64,000 bases of DNA from Lingula anatina (lineage: Eukaryota; Animalia; Brachiopoda), in the NCBI GenBank assembly GCA_051362555.1, contig CM120642.1, positions 7,316,001-7,380,000 of the forward strand. The letters run 5' to 3'. The notes under the pieces are model-generated. The model was not told where the DNA came from. It did no database searches and saw only the letters and a list, made by a program, of their open reading frames with translations. The position numbers and the translations under genes were made by a program. Of this stretch, positions 24,893-38,711 are shown in pieces; position 1 is the stretch's first letter; every line of letters starts with the position of its first letter.

Positions 24893-25051
24893 TGTAACGA
24901 AACTAAGGGTCCGTGTGACAGAAAGTCAGCCCTCCATTTATTTGGTTAGGGTTAGCCTGATCTAAGTGGGTCAAAATCTAGGGCGAGGCTTACCTGCACA
25001 AATAAATGGGAAGCGGACTCTTTGTCATGGGGGAGACTCTATCACGTTACA
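24893..25051. mobile_element. Ginger1-like MITE
   Basis: Termini TGTAACG...CGTTACA with a perfect 4-bp CCGG TSD (24889-24892 / 25052-25055). Extended imperfect TIRs. Confidence 0.75.
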
Positions 25052-25559
25052 CCGGTGTAAATATCCTCTTTAAAGGAATCAAGTCCAGAGCCATTTGTCC
25101 TTCATTAGATCCATTTTTAGATTAACTCTAGGAAGCAGATAATTTGCTCGAACCCCGCGTGCAACCCAATTCCTGGGGATAGCGGTACGTTAATATGTAT
25201 TTCGAAAATATTTCAGCGTTAATCTAATTCCGCGTGTTTCTTTGTCGCCTGAAATTAGGGACGAAATGAATGTCTCAGTGACATTCTATCTTGTGCATTT
25301 GAACTGCCTGTGACATGCTATGAGTTGCTTGCTCAACTTTAACACCAACACGTGTGTATTTTGATAATATCAAATGTCAAACGTTTTTTTTTTTTTTTTT
25401 TTTTTTCAAATCAATAATTATTCTCGATTAAATACATTTATAATGGCCAGTTAAAAAGTATTCAATAAGTAGTTATCTTTTGTCGACTCCGTGTGTTGTA
25501 TTGGACTGCAAAAGCGTTAACTGCGTACAGTCTCCACGCACTCCAACACGTGCATGTAA

Positions 25560-25774
25560 GACCCCATTCCCAGAGATTAGATCGATCTACTTTAGATCGA
25601 TTCAACTCCTTGGGGGTTCACGCTAAATAGCTGTCAGCCGAGCGGACACGAAAGTTAATTACCTCCTTACAACTTGTAGTAGGCGGGACGGAAATTTAAG
25701 CCGGATTATCTGACAGTAATCTAGTGAGACTCCCCGCGGGGATAGATCGATCTAAAAGCTCTGGGAATACGCCC
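25560..25774 (+). mobile_element. PIF/Harbinger (Tourist-like) MITE, family A
   Basis: TAA/TAA TSD and the same core GGGGGTTCACGCTAAAT...AGTAATCTAGTGAGACTCCCC. Confidence 0.85.
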
Positions 25775-26551
25775 TAAGCCTTCGTATGTGTGCATTTTCG
25801 AGCCCGTGCCTTTACGTTTAGATTTTGGACATGCATACAGGTACCAAATGCGTATTATGCACATCCGTATTGTATCGTCTAACGGGACGGCGATTTGTGG
25901 CATTTTTGCGTACAGCCATTTTGGCCTACAGACGTAAACCAGTGCAACCTATTTGCAAACCCATTTTCATCCAATAACGCGTAGGTTCCAATGAAACCCC
26001 TAATAGTGCAACGGAATCCGAACCCAGTAGTCATGTAATTAACACTTCGGGGTGACTGAACCCATAAAACTTTATGAATACAAAATTAGTTTACATAGAT
26101 GGTTCGTAAATCGATTGAATGGCCTTGGTATGCTGCTGGGACAGCGGGAGGGTCATGAACAAGTGAGTGCTAGATGTAGGATCATGAATCCTGGATGATT
26201 ACCAAGAATATTGACAATTCACTCCCGGTCATGGATTTATCTATTTTTTATTTGTTTATTCATCAATGTATTATTACTTTGTTTATTTTTTGCGGTTCGT
26301 GACGAAAAACAGGAAGAACAATCACAGAACCCACCAAGATAACCATAATGTTCCAAAGGGCCGTTGTTAAAACAGGAAATAATTAAAACCTGAGACTCCA
26401 CAAAAATATAAAATTTTGAAAACTTGTACAGAATGCATTCACACTTACAAGCGTGCTCATGCAAACACGCACAGGTAATTCCGACATTTTGGGAGATGGC
26501 ATAAACAAAGACCAAAACACATACCCTGATCTCTTTAAAGAATGTCTGTCC

Positions 26552-26587
<36 letters not shown>

Positions 26588-29500
26588 GACCCACTAAACA
26601 CGCCTACAGATACATTTATATATTCCACCACCGACAACAGCGTAATTAAGGTGTTCTGTGCAATTTCCCTTCCAAAATAAATCAACGCTTATTTCAATAC
26701 GTTTTATCTGCAGTATTGATTCTTCATTTACCACGGTTGCTAAAACGTTTCCTATATACCAGACTAGAAATGTATCAGCCTTGAAATCTATCTGCATTTG
26801 AATATGACCATTACACTAACATTTTGCGTACCAGTAGGGCCTTTACATGTATGACAAACATATCTTATATGAGCTCAGTTTGATTTTTGATTTATATAAA
26901 TAACATTTAAATAAGCATATATTCCTTGTACATAAGAACTGAATTTCTGACAATTTGACCGCAGTTGGGTAATAACATACAATTCTTGTTACTCGTAAAC
27001 TGAATAGGTCCTTATCCTCTTTTTCACACAGGCTGCCAAGTAACTGTACATTCTTATCCATGAATCCGTTGAAACCGTAAGTACTTCTGGTGTTCAGAGA
27101 AAAGCAATAAAATACCTATTTATTAAATCAAATTGCAAATCGCTACTAGGTAGTTCTCCTTGCGCGCGCAACTGAGCTTTGTACATAATGTAAACATCAA
27201 TAGAATCTGCGCCTTATAAATAAATCATTCTTTTGGGGGAGATCAATGCGACGTTTCCCTTTTAATGGCTCTTTCCCGCGACCGTAGCCATAAGCGATGC
27301 GCGCGCTCAGCCAGTGCCTGACTTCGTGACGGCGTTGCTCTTCATCGATCTGGCCGTAGAACAGTTAAATTGAGGCAGTGAGTGAGAGTAAGGCACGAGA
27401 ACGGGACGAGTCTGGACCTTAATACTGACCAAGTGTGGACAACACACGCAATGGTCAAAGCACTGGCACGTTGGTGAGTCGTTATCAATAATACGTTCAT
27501 TATATTCATAGCAGAATATGTTCAAAAACATGTTTGTAATTACATAACCATGTAGAAGTATAAATTAGGTATATTTTAAGACGGCATAGAATCAACTGAC
27601 ATATCCTGCAGACTGCAGTTTTAATAACACATATAATGTAGCCTAAAGAATGATGCCTAAAATTTTCAACGGCGTCCAAGTGTCCATCTGTGTGCATATT
27701 ACTAGAGTTTGCAGGCCAACTTTAAAACAACGAATGATACGATACATTTGCATGTGCTCTCATGGTTGAAACGAAATTTTCTATTATTGCCATAGAGGCC
27801 CGAAGCACGTCCCGAACCGGTTCAGGTCTATTTTACGTCAGCGAAATGAAATATCAAATTATGCCACTCTCCACATAGCATACCAGTCTCCTTTCGGCTG
27901 TGTACTGATAATTCAGTTAATTTATTTGTTTGGTATCTTAATTTAGACATTACGTGTATGTAAGAGACTAATCGAAACTGATATTGTTCTGGAATTACCT
28001 CTGTGTCTGCACGGCCAGTTATGAGCACACATTTTAAATATTGCTGTGTTATCTGTGCATGCTGCTATCCTATGTCTACTGCATACAAAACGGCAAACCC
28101 TTAACCAATTCAACCTTTGCTGTTAGAAAACAATATTCCTTGGCTTTTCGTCTAATGGAGTTTTCATTCCAACAGAGCAATGCTCTCGAGTCCGCCTTAC
28201 AGAATTCAATCAGACTTCTGCTGTATCTGTCATCACGCTTGGGACATGGCGTCTTGAAGTCTGTAACCTTTTTCCAAATAAGAGAATTAAGCCCATGGGT
28301 AGTCTGTTCGTGTCTCGTCGTCGTGTGTGCCAGCTTTTAGCTTTTATACATATGTCAAGGTTTTTAGTTACCAAAAGTGGTGTCATTTTCCTTTATTATT
28401 TGATTTTGGCTTTATAAGAATACCAAAATATACGTTGTCGATGCAATATGATGTTGACAGCCCAGTTTCCGTCCCTACAGACAGGCCTCCGGAACTAGCT
28501 GCTCTTATGTGTTTTGTTTCTTCCGGCTTTGCGTATATTTTCCATCGTGTATGCAGCCTTTATTATTTATTGCTTTGCTGTCATGGAAGTTCTCTATTTT
28601 AGGATTTATCTATCAATTTTCTTTGCCAGGTAAGCGGAAGAACTTCGTCTTTTTCTGTCACGAAGAATTTTAAACTTGTCATGGCCAAATTGAACGGGAA
28701 GCGTGACCCCAAGTGACGTATAATTTGATTTTGTTTGTCAGAACAACACTAGTAGGGCCTAAACCACATGTACAGAACTTTTGATATAACACACTACAGG
28801 TATGTCACTTACTTTTTTTAACAGAACAGTACATGAAATACAGATAACACAATTTACCAATTTTAGAGTACAGTTTTAAATAGTACCTTGAAAACGTGTC
28901 CACTAGCAGCCAGTTTAGACACCAATTTTCACGTTACGCAGTTTCTTGACTTCTCGTATCACTGACAGTTCACGACACATGTGGGTAGTTTGGTCTGAAA
29001 TGACCCAGGTCCTTCACTTCTGAAGGTAACTTTAGACCACAGAAGCACTTGTGACCCATATCCATTCATGTTCGAACATCAATTACATAGATCACTACTT
29101 TGAAGAAAGGATTACAATCGATTGTGTTTGTTCCCACACGTGTGCTGTTACGCTTTATTGGAAAAAAAACTTTCATAGCGCTTGAACAAGTCACGAATGT
29201 ATTCGTGAGCTGACGATGGATAGAAATAAAAAGAAAAGCATATCCAAACATGTAGCCAGTAATCTCAAAGGAATAGAGGGGTCTCTTTTTTTCTCCCAGT
29301 AGGCCTAATTGACCCAACTCGAGAAATATAATAGAACCTGGATCAAAATTTTGATTCAGAGTGTACCTTTTTTGGTCCAAATGGCGGTTCTTTCGAACCT
29401 TGTGAACCCAAACACCACACTGCTATGGACCTGATTCGGTTAATAAAGACTGATAGATTCTTTAGTCGAGGCCTGAACTCACATAGGTCCTAAATACACA

Positions 29501-32500
29501 AATTCTTCAGAGCACCACAGTATTGGTCTGCAACAGTTTCCGTGAACTTTTCTTCAGGAGACGGAATCAACCCATCAAGGCTAAAATATCGCAAACAAAT
29601 TGGTTATTTGCATATAATATCTGCAGTGCGTGTGTGTACGCATGTGTGCGTGTGTGGGCGTGTGTTTGCGTGCGTTCAGAAGCAATGTACACCAATACAC
29701 ATGTCCATTTACCTTTGTCTAACTTCCTTGTTATATTTATTTATTTATTTGTTTACTTTTTCAAATGTACGATTTCACTTTCACCTAGGCCGTCATATAC
29801 AACTACCAAGTCTGTCTAGCTGAGGCCGTTGCTGCATCCTCATTATTATCCATTCCCTCATATGTTTCACCCGCAGCCTCCAGACTCTCGTAATGACAAT
29901 CCGCACTTTGGGGAAATTTTTTTCCGATGAAATGATGAACATCTATAGTGTGTGGGCCGCAGTGTATGGAGCTAGCGTGCGTATTATCTTGATTAAATGA
30001 ACCATGAGCTCCGCAGGCCTGGGAATCGGAAACAAATTGATCCGCCGATCTGGCGAGGTCGGATCATGTCGGAGCTAAATACACAGGGATGGCGGAAAAC
30101 AAACAAGTTGATGGTACAGACAGTAGTATCATATTTCATGCGACCTTAAAAATTCAATTGTCTTATTTCTTTTTTTTCTTTGAAATCCTTCCATAATTTT
30201 TTTCTTTGATAGTATGTGCATATGGACATATTACACCTTTTATTTCAGAAGCGTAAAAAACCGTATATGCATATGGTATATCTGAGCTAGGAACTAAGTG
30301 ATAAATGATAGTTCAGTGCTAGACATTTGCTGAAGACTCCAGGAAAAGTCCATATTTCAGTTCAAATACCTTAGGTATAATCTCTTGAGATTCTAGGAAA
30401 ATTACCAAGTATACGACCATCTTCTGTGACACACGAAGACGTGTTAGCCTGGATTGCGTTGTAATGATATATGTATCTCTCACAAACGCAGACTGGATCC
30501 ATTGAACTAGGCTGATGATCTTTCAAAATAAATCGAATCAAACTGAAACGGAAGCAAGAAAAAATAATAACTTGATCGGATCGTTATATCTTGTTGATTA
30601 TCTTTTAGATTTGTGTCCGCCCAAACAGGAGGCCCTGTTCATGAGGTCACGATGAAAAAATCAATTTTATGGAAATAGTAATGGAATTTCGTGTATCTTA
30701 TGTGGATCCTCGGGAATCGATTGTAATTTTGATAATGTTGTAAGTAGATGTAAGTGTTGATTAACATTAAATCCTGGCTTGCGGCGCAGTGTTACATGTA
30801 CCGTACCAGGGATCAAATCACCATAGATGCATAATGTCTGTGGCCGCTGCGTCGGTTCATTGAAGACTAATATTATCTATTAACACTGATTTACACGTAC
30901 ATGTACCCTCTACCAGGGTCACAGATTGATTTTTCAATCTAGATATTCACAGAAATGTATCCGGCTAATTGATGACAATTTTTTTCTACTGCCCAACGAC
31001 AATTTTGGTCTTCACCACTCAGTCGGCCTGTCGAATAGAGTAACAGTGACTGCAGTACTGGGGCCGATTTCAGAAAGCTGCTTAGCTGCAATCTTGATCT
31101 AAATTTTTAGGCCCAAAATTAGGTCCTCTCCAGTTCAAGTAAAGTCAGTATTGGTCTGCAACAGTTTCCGTGTCTCTCCTGATATAAAATACGCACAGTG
31201 TTTAAAGGCGAATAAAAAAAGGTCTCATAGTGTGGAGCAGCTTTGGGCTTTTTTTGTGAATCGGCTCTGATGTGAAACTGAAAGGGGGTCTTGGAGACGT
31301 TAGGTGATGCAGAACTGTCTGTGCTCGGCCATGTTAAGAGACGCAGGCAAGCCTTATAAAAGCATAGCTTACCAAGAACAGAATATGACCTTGGGTGGAA
31401 GAACACAATGGTGTATTTCACTGCCTTTGGTAGGCAAATTTTAAACTGTGGCCTCGACCTATCTTCAGTGTAAATGCGCCTTCATTGAGTTCAAACTTAA
31501 GCGCATTCTGACAATATTGTTAATAAAATCGACAGTAGAAACAAAAATTAAGCTTCGTCAAATGCTTCTAATAGCGCTGGTTTTGAATACACACGCTTTA
31601 CGATGATCTGGAATAATCGAGACCATTCAATAAATTGTTATAGGGGCCTATTATATACCATGAACGCACTTAAAAGGCACGTACGTACCAGTATCCGTTT
31701 AGACTGAAATTAGTTTTCATTTCTCGTTTAAAGCCTATAATAGCAATGAGGGTATGTTTTGAACACAATCATACATTTTATGTATGCTTAGTGGAAATGA
31801 GGGGATGGCCAATTAATTTAATGATTGTGTAACTTCAGATAGTAAACGCTGTATCTAGGTTACAGAGTGCGATTCGTGTCTTTCGTGTGAGTGTGCGTGT
31901 GTGAGTGTGCGTGCGCGTGCGAGCGCGCGTGCGTGTGTGTGTGGTTTCCAGAGACCTCTGAAACTTAGGGTGATAGGAATATGGCATGACAATACCTTGC
32001 GTGTTTGTAAGTATTCAGTGATTATTGCAATTCCCACGTTCGTGTGACGTGTCTGTGTGATAATCCGTTGCTTAATATCTGTACCCTAAACCTTGAATAC
32101 GCAAGTTAGTTGAAGCAACATCAGAAGCAACAATGCGGTGACTTTCTTTTAATTAGAGGTAGTTCTATAGATGTATCTATAGTAGTATTATCTATAAAAA
32201 ATATTGAATGCAGAATTATCTCTTTCGTGATGGGAGATGCCTGAGCCGCGTGTTCCCTTTTTTTCTCGTTCTCTGTTCACTATTTTGGGCAAGTTCTGGG
32301 CAATTTGGGATGGGGGTTGGGGTATAAAAGGTAATGTAAAGTGAAATAGTAACATGTGCATGTATAACACACGTGTTTGTATGTGTGCGCTTGTATTTCT
32401 GTCTCTTCGGTATTAACATTTTTATACCAAATAAATAAATAAATAGGGATATCTAGTTTGCGAATTAATGCTTTTTGAAACTATTCTCGTTGGTAGTATA

Positions 32501-32822
32501 GGGTGCTGTTTCACAAAAATAACTCTGAAACAGTTTTATCCACTTTATCGTAGGATCAACAGCATGTCCTTTAAAAATGAAGATATTGGGTCTCTTTCAC
32601 GCAAAGATGAGAAAGTGAGAACGATAAGGATTAGAGAAAAGCAACTGACAATTATTAAATTTTTGATCGGACTCGTGTAAAGGTACTGATTGAAACCTGC
32701 CTCCTTCTCACTGAAGCTAGTGATTATTAAGCTGCGTTGCAATATGCGTCAGTAGGCCTATCTTATAGCTTCAATTAACGCTTTACATATAGGTGTTTTC
32801 ATTACAGTTCGCAGATTACTAA

Positions 32823-33293
32823 GACTAGGACTGCATTCCCACAGATTTAGATCGATCCATCTGGATCGACCTAACTCCCTGGGGTGCACGCTAAATTGCT
32901 GTCAGCCGAGCGCGCACGGAAGTTAATTACCCTCTTACAGCTTTTAGTAGGCGGGACAGACATTTAAGCCGGCTAAGCTGACAGTAATCTAGTGAGACTC
33001 CCCACGGAAATAGATCGATCTAAAATCTGTGGGAATGCAGTCTAGGTTCCCATCCCTAGATCGATCTTACAGGATCGGTCCATCTCCACGGGGTTTCTCG
33101 CTAATTTGCTTTCAGCTTAAGTGGCTTAGACGTCTGGGACGCCTACTAAAGCTGCTAAACGATAGTTTGCCCCCTATCAGCTTCAGTAGGCGTGACAGAC
33201 ATCTAAGCCGCTCAAGTTAATTGCAATTAGGCAAGAATCCCCTCGGATATATTTCGATCCAAACTTAGTACGATAGGGTCTGGGAATGGTCTC
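32823..33293 (+). mobile_element. Older family-A MITE (host) interrupted within its left TIR by a younger copy
   Basis: Removing 32829-33045 restores TAA-GACTAGGTTCCCATCCCTAGATCGATC...GGGAATGGTCTC-TAA, matching both ends of the 20857-21092 subfamily. Confidence 0.7.
32829..33042 (+). mobile_element. PIF/Harbinger MITE, family A (young nested copy)
   Basis: Perfect 18-bp TIR GACTGCATTCCCACAGAT / ATCTGTGGGAATGCAGTC with TAG/TAG 3-bp TSD. Confidence 0.88.
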
Positions 33294-34854
33294 TAAAATA
33301 TCTCTAGTAAATGGCATTGTCGGGCGATCTTATATATCTCTTATCAATTATCAGTTTGCTTCGCGGAATAGAAAGCGATTAGTAAAAATTGTTCTGATAT
33401 CATATTGAGAGTTTGTGTTGGAGATAATGTATGAACGGTGGGATGTGATTTTTACGAAAGACGTTGCTTGTATTGTTTTTTCTTCCTGCTATCAAATACG
33501 TTGGAAGAAAACAGGAGCTGAATCTATGGCAGAGTTTAGATAAAACAGAAAAGATATGAAAGTTAGGATTCGTCGAGAATAAAAGCATTTTATTTCCCAA
33601 GTATCGTGTGTGAGGTTTAAACAGGGATGAACGGACGGAAATGAAAAAAAAAGCAATAAAAAGATGATATGATACATGTACGTACGCTGTTGTTGTTGGT
33701 AGCTGGAAGTTTAAAAAATCATATAAAAATTATTTATTTTTTCGAACAAAAAAAAAGCTATTTTATAACATTAAAGTACCAGGTCTCAGTGCCAAGGTAC
33801 CACGCACGCCCCCCCCCCCCCCTACACCCCTCAAGCTTCGGAGGCACCCTTCTTCTCTTTCTCCTTCATCCCTCTACAAAAAAGGTTAACAAGAAAAAAA
33901 GAGATAAAACTGAATAATTTTCCGTCACTCGAATCATGGTTAATTTGTCCACGTGTACATTTGTTCGCTTCGTTCCGCAAACAATTTTCCTCGTTTTTTG
34001 TTTGCTTTTTGGTACGAAAACAACTCGTAAACATGAGCCTCCGTGCGTGGGTAAAGTCCAATCCAGATGCACTTGTGAATGTCAATTGTTTAAATGATGG
34101 CGAATTACAAACCAATCCCAATAATCGTTTTTAGTTTGGTTGATACAGAAAAGTATTCGCCACTTGTACCTTTAACCATGACTCGACTCCTGGTGCTGAT
34201 TTACGCTTGTGAATAAATACGGGAAAATACAGCCCGCATCTTTCTAAGGACAATAAGTACGTAAATGGCGCAATCAGCTTACAGAGATGATGGTTTATAA
34301 TGATGAATATACATAAAATATGCCCAGTTGGATAGACCATTATAACGTACAATGGTAATACACGAATATATGTCGGTGTATGCCAATATACATACGCACG
34401 AAATGTTACACCCTGAAAATACAAAAATGTCAATGGTTGAGGACAAACAATGCTCATGAGACCTTCAAACGTGTAAAGAAAAAAAAGGAATCAAAATTCT
34501 ACATTTCTCCATAATCGCCAAGCTATATCCTATCAAAAAGTGAACCTAATTTTAAGATTTGTAAGTCCGTTTTGGAGTTCAAATTTTACTACTTTTACCG
34601 TTACCAATAGAGTTCAACCTTCTCCGCATCTAACATTTTAATGTGTTACAACTTGAACATCTAGAACTGAAAACAGGCAGTACACGTTACTTGTCATCGG
34701 TTTCAGATGGTGCAACTGGTGGTAATGGCGAAAGAGCTTAATTTTAACTGAATTCATTTATCATCATTGATATCATCATTTTGTTTATAAAGGTCTAACT
34801 GGCATTGTATGCTTTTAAAGCATTGTACAGGTATTAGCCATAATTTACCTATAG

Positions 34855-34890
<36 letters not shown>

Positions 34891-35354
34891 TGTTGTTCTA
34901 TCACACAGATCATCCCTTCAGCTTAGGTAACTCAACAAAATTGGTTATTATCTTAATTAGTTTTCTGTATAGACACCGTATGTATTCGCACTAGACACGC
35001 AATGTTAACTAGCAATGCCAGCGCTGATACTGTACATTACACACCCTATGTCGAACGGAATCTCTCGGATAACTTCGTACTCCCAACGGCGGTTGGCCGC
35101 ATGGATCTGTACCTGTAGGACGCGCTCTACAGCCAATTTGTTACAGAAGAGGAGATATATACAGAGAGAGAAGACATCGCAAAAATAGCAACTCCTGTCC
35201 TTAATTAAGGATGATGTATGGATAATGGAGTAAGCACCAGTGGTAGGTCTTCCTAAGTTATAACTTAATTTATCACCCAGTTGAAATCGAGTTTTGGGAG
35301 TGACGGAGGCTTGCAGACTGCCTATCGCTTCTGGCGTCCTAGTTTCTTACAGCT

Positions 35355-35406
35355 GTCCGTCCGTCCGTCCATTCATCCATTCATCCATTCATCCGTCCGC
35401 CTTCCC

Positions 35407-35448
<42 letters not shown>
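35355..35448. repeat. Compound (CCGT)n/(CCAT)n/(CTAT)n microsatellite
   Basis: Directly visible tetranucleotide runs. Confidence 0.9.
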
Positions 35449-35449
<1 letters not shown>

Positions 35450-36251
35450 CAATCACCCCTCCATCCATATAAACATCTATTGGTCTGCTTGGTTTTGTAT
35501 TTTTTGTTCGTGCATGTTTTCCCATCCATCCGTGCTCTGACCGCCATAAATTGCCCCCGCCCCATCCAAACCTCATAAGTCCCAGCAGCTTGTTAAAAGG
35601 AACATAGTGAAATGTGTTGCTTGCACACTCTGTACATGTGCACTTTACTGTAAGTTGCCGGCGTTGATGCAATTCCCGATAGTAGACGTAATGGCGCGCA
35701 TCAGTTGAGAGTTTTCACACCGTGGCAAATCCTTCATCAAATCTGACGCACCGTACTAACTACACCATTAATTGAAATGTTGCGTCTTCACATCGACGTG
35801 ATGTCTATTTCTCTTAGACTGAGTGCATTTTCTTTATTTCCAACGAACACGTTTTTTTATCTTTTAAAGAAATAGATCAGCCTTTTCAGGGGAAACTTAC
35901 ACGCTGAAAACCATCACAGACGGTGGTTCGAGACTCCCCTAATTGCCCAGTGGAAGACAGACGACGTCAGTGTCATACCACGTAATCATGCAAGAAAAAT
36001 AAAGCTAAAAATATCTCAGAACCACCAATTAATCTCATTACAACGATCAACCATATCGGAGTCGTGACAAGCCTTTCCAGAGCAGGAAGCAGATTTTCAT
36101 TTTTTAAAGATCTAAAAAAGCCTTGAGACAGGAAAAGCGCAAATAGTTACGTACATGTAGGCCTACTTATTTCTGCAGCGAATACAAATATGCATGGTGA
36201 GAAGGCCAACTCCTCACTTCGTCAAATCTTCGTGAATCTTCCTTGGCGCTT

Positions 36252-36294
<43 letters not shown>

Positions 36295-36299
36295 GTTTA

Positions 36300-37320
36300 A
36301 ATGAAAAATTTGCAGTCTAATCGGAAATCAAATTTCATGCGGAGATGAGGTGTATTGGGGTGGCGGTAGGCGGAGAGGGGGGGTGAGGGTGGGGGGGGGG
36401 CGTCTGTCAGAAATGGCCTAGATGGCACTATTTTCTCTTCTTCAGCACGGGTATGCCTTTTGTGTTTGGCTTCAATATTGAACTCCAATGTGTGATTTAC
36501 AAAGTCGCATTATATATTGTTTGTTTTTGATTGTGAGTGTGTTTGTACTTTATCATCCGTTAGCTCTTACGTTAAACCCACTAACCCCCGCTTGTGTGCA
36601 ATTTGAACTCCATTAAGAACCAAATAGGGGGACTCTAAACTGCGGAAACAATGGTGCTAAAAGCAGATTTGTACAAACTTAATCACATGAAAACGGATCT
36701 ATGCTCTAGATCGAACCGATCGATACCCATAGACGAGTCTGCCTAACCTACACTGGCGGTCGCTGCTCGTTTAATCGGCGGACATCAGGTTGCTATTTTT
36801 AGCCCATGGATGCGAATATAATCTCGGAGTCCTGACTTAAATAGCTGTACATCATTTCTGCATCAGATGCCGGTATATTCAAGGTGTGTTATCAGAGGTC
36901 TAGGTGCATTGGTAAGTTGCAGTTTCACAGTAATGAAATCTGCGTGTTTAAGTGTGAAAATGTGGGAGAAGGCTCCATTTCATTCTTCGATTCACTGATA
37001 ACGTCGGTTTTCTTCATACTAAACTGGGTCACATTTGGATACACAAAACCTCCCGAGTTTTTTTCACCCTCAAGAGGATGATGACTCAAAGCAAAATATG
37101 TTGCTCGCAGATTTTACTTTGTAAGAGACTGACGAGTGTATGTCAATATTAAGTGCAGCTACAGGATGTTAATGTGTGGTAAGTTTCAAACTTGAAGTGC
37201 AATCCTTTTCTTCAGCCGGTCTCTTTCCCCCTCCGGCACCGCTTCCTTGGTCACCTTTACAGTTGTTAATTTCAGCGCCGCTTCCTGTCTTCTGATCCAA
37301 GAAATGCCGTCCGATTTATG
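36300..37320 (+). promoter_or_regulatory. Candidate promoter / non-coding first exon(s) of the adenylate cyclase gene
   Basis: Last CpG-rich stretch before the CpG-depleted domain. GC-box/G-run cluster at ~36355-36402 and consensus donors G|GTAAGT at 36911/36912 and 37178/37179. TSS not determinable from sequence. Confidence 0.4.
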
Positions 37321-38647
37321 GTTAATTTTTTTATTTGTACCATTCGTGTTTGGATAGGATGAACTAGCTTGCCTTTATTTTATTTATTTATTTTTTTTAA
37401 AAAATATTTTCACGTGAGATTTCTGACAGGTCATTACTTTTCAAGGTTATGACTTTGAAGTGATATACTAGTGCAAGATTATGAGGTCTGATTTCTAGTC
37501 TCAAATAATTGCAATGGGAGAAGACCCCTGGCGTGACTTTCACCTGGATTGCCTAATGACTATTTAATTATATTCATTGCCTGTATTTACTACAAATTGG
37601 GGAACCCTTAAAATGTCATTGTATTTTTTTGCAGTGATATTTAACATGCGATGCCTCTGTTTTTCTGCCTTTAATGCTGATGACATATAAAAAGGTCACC
37701 CAACCCTGGAAAACAAGTTGTGCTTGATTAATCTCAAATCATTACGCATAATGATTCCTCAATCTTGTATTAATTTATGCTACAGGGTGTCATATTGAGT
37801 TCAAAGCAACTTGTGATAGATCTTTCATGAACTGCAGACAATTTTTTCTGGTTTTAATAGAAAAATTTATTTGGTTTTTTTTTTTTTTGCCTATAACTCC
37901 CCATAAGGCCACTTAACTATTTTTTGTCTTATTTACTAACAGCCATTATTATGTGTGAAGTCTCAAAGTTACCCAGCACAGGTCTGCTTAATCACATTCA
38001 AATGTCTATATCAACTTGACAAGGATGTACATATAGAGATTTGAAAAGGTATGTTTTGGATATGAAACCCTGGGTAAAGAAACTAGGTACATAATTCAGC
38101 CTATTCTTTAGTTCTGACCCCCCCCCCCCCAAAAAAAAAAAAAAATAAATAAATAAAATAAAACGGATGGATAAATTAAAAAATACATGCCATTAAGTAA
38201 AATTTGATTTCTATGGATGGTTATCTTTAATGATGGAGATGAACCCCTTCAGATTTACCCTTTTGTCTTTTTTTCTGAGCTCATATCAGCTCTCAAGTAA
38301 ATAACATCTCAAAATGCCATTTCACATCCCATATCCCAAAGAAGCTTAACTTGAGGACTCCTGGCTTCCAGGTTGTTTTTTATTTTAATAAGTCGTATGA
38401 TTTCTGTATATCCTGGAACAGCCTGTGTGTGTTGCCCCGAGTGGAGGAGATATTTGTGTATTTCCAGTTTCGGCAGAGAGATGCTGACAGTGGCAGTCAG
38501 TTCCCTGTAAACTTTGACATGGAGTCCTCCATTAATTAAGGGATCATCACCAAACTGTAATCACTTCAGAGTTAGCCCATGTGTGGCCTCCCTTGAATAT
38601 CACCAAATTTCGTCTTTAACTCTTTGAGTCAGGCTGGTGACAAACTG

Positions 38648-38711
38648 TGACAGACAGACAAACAGACAGACCAATGGCGGTGAAAACGTAACTTCCTTGG
38701 CGGAGGTAATA
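38648..38711 (-). mobile_element. HINE terminal fragment (same family as 9719-9990)
   Basis: (ACAG)n followed by AACTTCCTTGGCGGAGGTAATA, matching 9969-9990. Confidence 0.75.
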
